A DNA stretch of 64,000 bases. It comes from an uncultured delta proteobacterium. Its GTDB lineage: Bacteria; Myxococcota_A; Polyangia; Polyangiales; Polyangiaceae. Positions 9,573 through 19,594 of the stretch are shown one piece after another. The stretch's first letter is position 1; the number at the start of each line of letters is the position of its first letter. The notes under the pieces were generated by a model. The model ran no database searches. It worked only from the letters and a program-made list of their open reading frames with translations, and had not been told where the DNA came from. Location: the NCBI GenBank assembly GCA_963782055.1, contig CAWAIF010000003.1, positions 992,001 to 1,056,000 on the forward strand, read 5' to 3'. Position numbers and translations under genes: made by a program.

Positions 9573-10921
9573 CAGTAAAACACCCCGGCTTGGTTGGGCA
9601 GGGCCACTTCGCTCGTGATCGTCCGCATGCGCGCCCACCCGGTGATGCCCGGCGTGCAGCCCTTGGCGAGGACGCAGTAGCGGAGCGGGTAGGCGCCCTG
9701 CTGGGCGTTGGCCGGCGGCGCGGCGAGGCTGTCGGTGCGGTCGGCGATCGCCGAGCGCGTGGCCAGGCGGAAGCGCACCGACCGGATGCGCTGCGGCGCC
9801 TCGGTCCCGCTCGAGAGCGTCACGTCGTCGGCGATGTCCTTGTTGCGCGGGTCGCTCAGGCCGTAGACGGTGAGCTGGCGCTGCTGCTGCGTCGCCAGGT
9901 CCAGGTCGGCGCTGAAGGCGAACTTCAGGTCCACCGCGTACTCGGCGACGATCTCGGTCTGGTTGGTGAGGGTGCCCAGCGCGTCGACGTAGGTGCGGAA
10001 CAGCTCGTACTTGTCCAGGTTGTTCGACACCAGCGCGGCGTAGGGGGCGTCGCGCGGCTGCGTCGTGTCCAGCGCGCGCAGCTCCCACCGCACGGTCTGC
10101 ACCGGGTTCACGCGCAGGCGGCCGATGCCGAGGCCGGTCGCGCCGCCGTTGGTGTGCGTCTCCTGCGCGGAGAGGATCTTCACCCCGCCGTTGGCCTCCA
10201 CGTCCACCCACGCCGTGGCCGCGAGGCCCGCGCCGTTCACGCCGGCGGCCTTGCCGCTGCACGTCGGGACATACTGGAAGTGGCCGGTGTCGTCCTCGAC
10301 GCGCACCAGAAACTGCGCACCCGGCACCGGCTGGAACGCCGCCTCCAGGGCCGCGTCAGGGTTGGCCTGCCCGAGGATGCGCCACATCGCCGGCGAGTCG
10401 ATCGCGAGCTCCAGCCGCTGGCCGCCGCACGAGCCCTGCCCGTTCTCCAGGATGCGCACCACGTACGCGTCGGTCGTCGTGAAGTTGCCCGAGATGTCGA
10501 TCGCGTCCGGCGCGAGGCCCTCCGCCGCCGAGAGCGGCGTGGCCGGCTTGGAGCCCTCGTAGTAAAGGTGCAGCCCGGCGAGCTTGTACAGGCCCTGGTA
10601 GCTGCCGGAGGTGGGCACGTTGGGCGCCCCGGGCAGGTGCGCGATGTGCGTGTCCTTCTGGATGTTGGCCGTGCTCATGAAGGCCGCGCGCTCCAGGTCG
10701 CTCCGCAGGCGCCCCACCGCGGTGCGCAGCGACATCTCCGCCGAGGCGGTGCGCGCCTCCTCGTGGAAGGTGTCGGTCGCGTCCTTGGACAGCGCCACCA
10801 CCGCCATCGCCACGAAGAGGCCGGCGACGAGCGAGACCATCAGCTCGATCAGCGTGAAGCCGCGACGGCGGGCGCGTCGGAAGGCCCTCGAGGGGCGCGG
10901 GAGGCGGCGGCGGGGGCTCAT
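9572..10921 (-). CDS. pilW: PilW-like minor pilin
   Basis: RRG|FTLIELMVSLVAG prepilin motif; C-terminal IRSVRFRLATRS...RMRTITSEVALPN; ATGA overlap with pilV. Confidence 0.8.
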   Translation of the reverse strand: MSPRRRLPRPSRAFRRARRRGFTLIELMVSLVAGLFVAMAVVALSKDATDTFHEEARTASAEMSLRTAVGRLRSDLERAAFMSTANIQKDTHIAHLPGAPNVPTSGSYQGLYKLAGLHLYYEGSKPATPLSAAEGLAPDAIDISGNFTTTDAYVVRILENGQGSCGGQRLELAIDSPAMWRILGQANPDAALEAAFQPVPGAQFLVRVEDDTGHFQYVPTCSGKAAGVNGAGLAATAWVDVEANGGVKILSAQETHTNGGATGLGIGRLRVNPVQTVRWELRALDTTQPRDAPYAALVSNNLDKYELFRTYVDALGTLTNQTEIVAEYAVDLKFAFSADLDLATQQQRQLTVYGLSDPRNKDIADDVTLSSGTEAPQRIRSVRFRLATRSAIADRTDSLAAPPANAQQGAYPLRYCVLAKGCTPGITGWARMRTITSEVALPNQAGVFY

Positions 10922-11535
10922 GGCTGCACGTTCTGTCGCAGGGCGGTGACGGCGTAGACGAAGTGGTAGATGTCGGTCTGCGTGTCGAGCGCGGCGGGCG
11001 GCGTCTGCTCGCAGTACTTGGGGTCCGGCGCCGCCGTGAGGTTGCGCGGCCAGAACACGCGCACCTCGGCGCGGATCAGCGTCTGGTCGGTGGTGGCGGG
11101 CGTGAGCCGGAGGTTGACGCAGTAGCGGAGGCCGTTGCCCGTCGCGAGCGAGGTCATGTCGCGGCCGAGGATGTCGAACCCGGCGCTCTCGTCGTCGAAC
11201 TGCTGGCCGCTCGTGGTCATCCGCGCCTTGGGCACGAACCACTGCCCGGTCAGGTTCTCGTTCACCAGGAGCGCGCTGCTGAGGTTGGCGGGCGGCACGC
11301 TCGGGATCTGCGAGGGCGTCCAGAGCGTCGCGTCGCGCGTGAGGCGATCCAGCCACTGGCGGGCGATGGCCTGCGCCTGGTCCATCTCGCGCGCGTCGAC
11401 GTTGCCCTGCACCGCCGCGCGCTGCATCGCCATCACGCCCATGGCGCCGATGGTGAGCACCGTGATGGACATGAGCACCTCCACCGCGGTGTAGGCGGCG
11501 GCGCGCGCGCGGCGGCGGGAGCGCGACAGCTTCAC
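10918..11535 (-). CDS. pilV: PilV-like minor pilin
   Basis: AA|YTAVEVLMSITVLTIGAMGVMAMQ prepilin-like motif; IRAEVRVFW; GTGA overlap with fimU. Confidence 0.75.
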   Translation of the reverse strand: MKLSRSRRRARAAAYTAVEVLMSITVLTIGAMGVMAMQRAAVQGNVDAREMDQAQAIARQWLDRLTRDATLWTPSQIPSVPPANLSSALLVNENLTGQWFVPKARMTTSGQQFDDESAGFDILGRDMTSLATGNGLRYCVNLRLTPATTDQTLIRAEVRVFWPRNLTAAPDPKYCEQTPPAALDTQTDIYHFVYAVTALRQNVQP

Positions 11536-12278
11536 GGCAACCCCGGGGTGGCGGTGGAGAGGATGCGGGTGTTGCCGCTCGAAGGGATGAGGATGCGCCG
11601 CACGATGCCCTCGTTGTTGGCGGCGGAGATGGTGGTCTGGTTGGGCCAGAGGCGCGCCACGTCCACCGCGATGACGCCGACGAAGGGCGTGGCGGCGGTG
11701 AACGTGGGCGTCGACCCGCCGCTCGACACGTAGGCGTGGCCGAGCGGGTTGAAGCACAGGTAGACAGGCGAGGTCGCCTCGGCGGCGGTGCCCGTCGCGT
11801 CGTAGGTCACCACGCGCGAGCGGATGTTGGCGTTCACCTCGCCGTTGCCGTCCAGGCTGATGCCGTCGATGTAGGCGTTGCGGGTGTCGCCGGGGAGCCA
11901 GGCGGAGGGGGTGGGGTTGACGCAGGTCCCGCGGGGCAGACGGTTGGCGATGGAGTTGGGGCCGCCCGGGTTGGGGTCGACCGCCTCGAACATCTGGTAG
12001 TTGCCGCGGGTGCTCTGGGCAGAGAAGGAGACCATCGTCGCGGCGCCGCGGCCGATGGCGCGCGTGCGGGCGTTGCGCACCAGCTCCAGGATCTGCCCGG
12101 CGTCGTCGTAGGCGCGCCGGTCCTTCACCGCGTCGCCCATCTCGGGCATCGCCATCATCGCCAGGATGCCGATGATCATGATGACCACCGCGAGCTCCAC
12201 GAGGGTGAAGCCGCCAGCCTGCGCGCGGCGCGCGCCGGGCCGCGAGGCAGGGGTCGGGGCAAATGGACGCTGGGCCAT
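11532..12278 (-). CDS. fimU: FimU/FimT-like minor pilin
   Basis: AGG|FTLVELAVVIMIIGILAMMAMP; RNARTRAIGRG; LCFNPLG. Confidence 0.8.
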   Translation of the reverse strand: MAQRPFAPTPASRPGARRAQAGGFTLVELAVVIMIIGILAMMAMPEMGDAVKDRRAYDDAGQILELVRNARTRAIGRGAATMVSFSAQSTRGNYQMFEAVDPNPGGPNSIANRLPRGTCVNPTPSAWLPGDTRNAYIDGISLDGNGEVNANIRSRVVTYDATGTAAEATSPVYLCFNPLGHAYVSSGGSTPTFTAATPFVGVIAVDVARLWPNQTTISAANNEGIVRRILIPSSGNTRILSTATPGLP

Positions 12279-12290
12279 CGGAGGGGATTG

Positions 12291-12306
12291 AGCAAAGTGT
12301 ATACCG
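12291..12306 (-). promoter_or_regulatory. Candidate sigma54 (-24/-12) promoter for the minor-pilin operon
   Basis: Minus strand reads CGGTATA-CACT-TTGCT, giving GG-N10-GC and matching TGGYRYR-N4-TTGCW except at the first base. Confidence 0.5.
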
Positions 12307-12535
12307 CGCCGCTGGATTTATAACATACCGAGACCGCTCATGTTTTTGAGCGGAGGCGGTCCCTCCCCCTCGTAAGGATTGCGACGGCTTGAAATCCTTT
12401 CATAGCGGCCGACGACCCCGGCCCCCCCAGCCCAGGGCCGGCCACCTCGACCGTTCGCCTGCCAACGATCGGGGCGCTCGCGCCGGATCGGGGGAGGGGA
12501 GCCCTCCGGCCAGTCCGTGTGGTAGAGGACGCGCC

Positions 12536-13666
12536 ATGTCCGTCGCATCGCTCAGGGTCCCCTTGCTCCTCGCTGTCCTGCTCGGCGTCGCGGCCTGCAA
12601 GGACGAGCCCAAGACGCAGGGGACGGCCCCGCCCCCGCTGCCGAGCGCGTCGTCCGGGACGAACGTGTGCGCCGGCGGCGGCGGGGAGGACACCGACACC
12701 CTGACCGCCCCCTACTTCCCGCGGCAGGTCTCCGGCTACTGCCTGGACCCCTCCGGCGACGTGAAGAGCTACGGCGAGAAGGCCAAGCTGGGGCTGGACC
12801 AGCTCTGCACCACCGCCCTCGACGGCGGGTGCGAGGAGTACAAGAAGTTCGGCGTGATGCGATCGGTCATCACCCGCTACGTCCAGGGGACGGGCGCGGG
12901 ATTGGTGGAGGTCTTCCTCTCCGAGTTCGCCGGCGAGGGCGCCTACAGCATCTACACGACGCGCCTCACCGGCGAGGTCGACCCGGCCGACGCGCACTCC
13001 ATGAAGCCGATCGACGCCGAGGCGCTCGGGGCGATGGGCACCGGCAAGGCCTACGCGTACCGCGGTCGCTACTTTTTGGAGCTCACCTACAGCAACGAGA
13101 CCGAGTCGCCGGAGGAGCTCAAGAAGAGCAGCGACGCGATCCTCCCCTCGCTCGCGAAGGAAATCGCCGCCAAGCTGCCCGCCAAGCCGGATGTCCCCGC
13201 CTCCACCAAGGCGCTGCCCACGACCGACCTCGTCCCCAACGGCGTGGCCTACTTCGCCAAGGACGCGATGGGCGTGAAGGGGCTGGGCGCGGCTTCGGTC
13301 GGGTACTACAAGCCGGCCACCGGCAAGCGCTACCGGCTGCTCTCCATCGTCAAGCCGGACGCGGACCAGGCGAAGGACGCGCTCAAGTCGCTGCGTGGCA
13401 AGCCGGGCGCGCTGCCGGTGGCCAGCCTGGGCGACGGCGCGGTGGACGTGGTGCTGCAGGCCACGCCGGACAGGCCGAAGGTGGAGTGGGTGGTGGCGCG
13501 CAAGGGCGGCATGCTGCTCGGCATTGGCGACGAGGAGTTCGTCCTGCACCCGGACACCCCGCTCGCCCAGCAGGGGGACGTGCGCATGAGCAAGGACGAG
13601 AAGATCGCCAAGCTGCGCGCGCTGATCACCCCGACGACGCCCGGCCCGGCGCCGAAGAATAAGTAG
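12536..13666 (+). CDS. Lipoprotein (DUF6599-like)
   Basis: Lipobox VAAC; LDGGCEEYKKFG...VEVFLSEF..GAYSIY...YRGRYFLEL pattern; stop abuts the convergent gene with a 0-bp gap. Confidence 0.6.
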   Translation: MSVASLRVPLLLAVLLGVAACKDEPKTQGTAPPPLPSASSGTNVCAGGGGEDTDTLTAPYFPRQVSGYCLDPSGDVKSYGEKAKLGLDQLCTTALDGGCEEYKKFGVMRSVITRYVQGTGAGLVEVFLSEFAGEGAYSIYTTRLTGEVDPADAHSMKPIDAEALGAMGTGKAYAYRGRYFLELTYSNETESPEELKKSSDAILPSLAKEIAAKLPAKPDVPASTKALPTTDLVPNGVAYFAKDAMGVKGLGAASVGYYKPATGKRYRLLSIVKPDADQAKDALKSLRGKPGALPVASLGDGAVDVVLQATPDRPKVEWVVARKGGMLLGIGDEEFVLHPDTPLAQQGDVRMSKDEKIAKLRALITPTTPGPAPKNK

Positions 13667-14602
13667 TCAGGACGCCTTCACGCGCTCGAAGCACCGGTCG
13701 GGGAGGCCGCGCTTCTTGCGGACGAGCGCGCTGGCCTCGACGAAGCGCGCGGTGATCGGGTCGTGGTACCCGCTCACCTCGGGCAGGGTGGCGTCCTCGG
13801 CGCGGTGGTAGCGCACGATGCGCGCCATGAGCGCGTCGCGCGCCCACTTGCCCACGAGCGACGCGAGGCACACCAGAAGGTGCGAGGCGTCGGCGTCGCG
13901 CACGAAGGCGACGCGCCCCACGCCGGGGAAGGCGTACTCGCTGCGCGCCCGGCCCTCCTGCACGACGGCGTGCAGCCGGCCCCCGAGCGGGCCGAAGGCG
14001 GGGGAGTAGCGATCGTAGCCGCCGACCTTCCCGCAGGTGGCGATGACGTCCTCGCCGGCGTGCTCGCGCGCCGCGAGCACGAGCCGCTCCATCGCGTTCA
14101 GGTCGACGACGAAGCGTGAGCGCCCCGCGCGCGCGGCCTCGTTGAGGCGGTGCGTGCAGACGATGGCCAGCCGCACGCCGGCGACGTGTACGCCCTTCGC
14201 GGTGAGCTTGCGCAGGTCCTTGCGGACGGCGGCGAGCGTCTCGTCGGTGGAGGCGAAGGTCTCGCCGTGATCGTCCCAGCACTGGGCGGCGTGATCGGTG
14301 GGGCAGGGGGAGCGGAGGATGGCGTCGTCGTCGATGGAGAGGGCGCGGAGCAGCTCCGACGGCGTCTGCGCGCTCCGCCCCGTCGCCTCCAGCAACACCC
14401 GTCCCCACGCCTCGCCGAGCGCCGAGTCCTTGTAGGAGACGAGCGCCTTGGAGTCGCCCACCCGCGCCGCCAGCGAGCGGGGCGGCTTGCGCGAGGCCAC
14501 GCGCTCACCGGCGCCCTCCGCGCGGGCCACGACGGACGTGACGAGCAGGGGCCCGAGCCGTGGGCCCAGTCCGTTCTCGTCGACGCCCATCAGAAACGGC
14601 AC
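13667..14602 (-). CDS. Divergent ribonuclease HII-like protein
   Basis: GVDENGLGPRLGPLLV, GDSK, DADASHLLVCLASLVGKWARD, SGYHD. Confidence 0.72.
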   Translation of the reverse strand: MPFLMGVDENGLGPRLGPLLVTSVVARAEGAGERVASRKPPRSLAARVGDSKALVSYKDSALGEAWGRVLLEATGRSAQTPSELLRALSIDDDAILRSPCPTDHAAQCWDDHGETFASTDETLAAVRKDLRKLTAKGVHVAGVRLAIVCTHRLNEAARAGRSRFVVDLNAMERLVLAAREHAGEDVIATCGKVGGYDRYSPAFGPLGGRLHAVVQEGRARSEYAFPGVGRVAFVRDADASHLLVCLASLVGKWARDALMARIVRYHRAEDATLPEVSGYHDPITARFVEASALVRKKRGLPDRCFERVKAS

Positions 14603-14694
14603 GCCCTCACGCTTAGACCAACGCGCACGACGCGGCTACGCCGAATCGTGCCGGTTCGGCGGGGCGCGCCCGCAGAGGCGCGCGGGCGCGGCGG

Positions 14695-15057
14695 TCAGCC
14701 GAAATCTTTCTCCAGCCGCTCCTGGTCCTCTTTGCAGCGGATGCAGAGCGTCGTCTCGGGGCGCGCTTCCAGGCGCTTGACCGAGATCTCCTCCCCGCAC
14801 TCCTCGCACACGCCGAAGGTGCCTTCCTCGATCTTCTTGAGCGCCTTGTTGATCTTGTCGAGGAAGCTCTTCTCCCGCCCGCGAAGGCGGAAGGTGAACG
14901 ACTGCAGGTATTCGCTCGAGGCGAGGTCCATCTCGTCGGGCAGATCGTTCGCGTCGAGGGCCATGTCCTCCTCGAGCGTCTGCTTGGCCTTCTTGATGAT
15001 CTCGTCGCGCTTCTCGGAGAGGAGCGTCTTGAATTTTTTGAGCTGCGTCTTGTTCAC
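14695..15057 (-). CDS. dksA: DksA/TraR C4 zinc-finger RNA polymerase-binding factor
   Basis: Coiled-coil tip DEMDLA (DxxDxA); CEECGEEI..RLEARP...CIRC. Confidence 0.93.
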   Translation of the reverse strand: MNKTQLKKFKTLLSEKRDEIIKKAKQTLEEDMALDANDLPDEMDLASSEYLQSFTFRLRGREKSFLDKINKALKKIEEGTFGVCEECGEEISVKRLEARPETTLCIRCKEDQERLEKDFG

Positions 15058-15149
15058 TTCACTCGCTCCGGTCGATTGGTTTCGCCGTCTCGGGGCGGGG
15101 CCCGCCCGCGAGGAGAGTGCGCCCAAAGATGAGGAATTTGGGGCGCAAG

Positions 15150-15178
15150 ACGGTAAGCATCCATGGCTTGCCCGTCAA
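15150..15178 (-). promoter_or_regulatory. Sigma70-type promoter of dksA
   Basis: TTGACG-N17-TACCGT on the minus strand. Confidence 0.65.
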
Positions 15179-15249
15179 CGGATATGAGAGGCGCGTCTCC
15201 CTTTTCGGACCATCCCGCCGGGCCTGTCCACCACGGGGGGCTGGAAGCC

Positions 15250-18180
<2,931 letters not shown>

Positions 18181-18259
18181 GGGGAGCCAGGCATCGTAAG
18201 GCTGATTGCCCCGTCCAGCAACGGGAGCTCCGCCGGGCCGCGCCCGGGGAGACTGCAAA

Positions 18260-19486
18260 CTAGAGTATTGCGGTGAGCAGATCGCGCTCGAGGTCGCCCC
18301 GGCCCTCCAGCCCGACCGAGACGCGGATCAGTCCGTCGGTGATGCCGGCGGCCTCGCGGCCGGCGCGTGGCATCGTCGAGTGCGTCGTCGACGCCGGGTG
18401 GACGACGAGCGTGCGCACGTCGCCGAGGCTCACCGCGTGCGTCGCCACGCGGACCCGGCCGAGCACGTCCTTGCCGCGGTCGATCGCCGAGCGGCCGGCC
18501 CCGTCGGCCAGCTCGAACGCGAGGACGGACCCGTACGCGTGCATCTGCGCGCGGGCGACGCCGTGGCCGGGGTGCGCGGGCAGTGACGGGTGGTGGACGC
18601 GCGCGACCGAGGGCTGGGCCGCCAGCCGCGCGGCGAGGTGCGCGGCCGTCGCGCACGCGCGCTCTTGCCGCAGGGGGAAGGTGCGCAGCCCGCGCAGCAC
18701 CATGTACGCGACGAAGGGGGAGAGCACGCCGCCCAGGCCCTTGACCACCAGGTCGCGCGCGGCCTCGACGCGCGCGCGCGCGCCGGCGATCGCCCCGCCG
18801 ATCGCGTCGCCGTGGCCGGCGATGGCCTTCGTCATGGAGTGGACGACCAGGTCCACGCCGAGCGCGAGCGGGTTCTGCCCGTAGGGCGTGGCGAAGGTGT
18901 TGTCGGCGATGGTGACGAGGCCTCGCTCCCGCGCGAGGGCCACGACCGGCGCGATGTCGGTGATGCGCAGCGTGGGGTTGGCTGGCGTTTCGATGTACAG
19001 TACACGTGTCTCCGGCGTGACCGCCGCGGCGTAGGCTCCGGGGTCGGACGCGTCGACGAAGGTGGCGCGGACGCCGAAGCGGGTGAGCCGCTCGCGCAGG
19101 AGGCGCGCGCTCTCGCCGTACATGGCCTGCGGCGCGACGACGTGGTCTCCCGACGCGCACACGCTCATCACGGCGCCGGCCACCGCGGCCATCCCGCTCG
19201 CGGTGACACAGCAGTCCTCGGCGCCCTCCAGCGCGGCGAGCTTCGTCTCCAGGGCGCGCGCGGTCGGGTTGGCCCAGCGGCCATAGATGAAGGCGTCGCT
19301 CTCGGCGCGGAAGGCGCGCGCGGCGTCGTCGGCGTCGGCGAAGCCGAAGGCGCTGGAGAGCACCAGCGGCGGGTCCAGCGCACGGGTGGTCGGGTCCATC
19401 GCCTCCCCGGCGTGCACCGCGAGGGTGGCGAGCGTCTCGGTGCGGGCGGCCAGCGCGGCCTCGTACGGCTCGGCAGGGATGGGCAC
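18260..19486 (-). CDS. PLP-dependent trans-sulfuration enzyme (methionine gamma-lyase / MetB / MetZ family)
   Basis: YGRWANPT, SGMAA, ETPANP, DNTFATP, HSMTK, VSLGD..LVVHPASTTH; GTG start inferred. Confidence 0.9.
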   Translation of the reverse strand: MPIPAEPYEAALAARTETLATLAVHAGEAMDPTTRALDPPLVLSSAFGFADADDAARAFRAESDAFIYGRWANPTARALETKLAALEGAEDCCVTASGMAAVAGAVMSVCASGDHVVAPQAMYGESARLLRERLTRFGVRATFVDASDPGAYAAAVTPETRVLYIETPANPTLRITDIAPVVALARERGLVTIADNTFATPYGQNPLALGVDLVVHSMTKAIAGHGDAIGGAIAGARARVEAARDLVVKGLGGVLSPFVAYMVLRGLRTFPLRQERACATAAHLAARLAAQPSVARVHHPSLPAHPGHGVARAQMHAYGSVLAFELADGAGRSAIDRGKDVLGRVRVATHAVSLGDVRTLVVHPASTTHSTMPRAGREAAGITDGLIRVSVGLEGRGDLERDLLTAIL

Positions 19487-19594
19487 GAGCTCGTGCGTAG
19501 CGTGACGGCGCCACCGCGTCGAGCGCCGCCCGCCGGGTTTTCGTCGCGTCTTGCGTCGTGTGGTACGCTCTCGCCCCGGAGTTTCAACGGACGG

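Noticed and set aside
18181..18259. LexA/SOS box upstream of uvrA
   Set aside because: I recognised no palindrome or known LexA-type motif.
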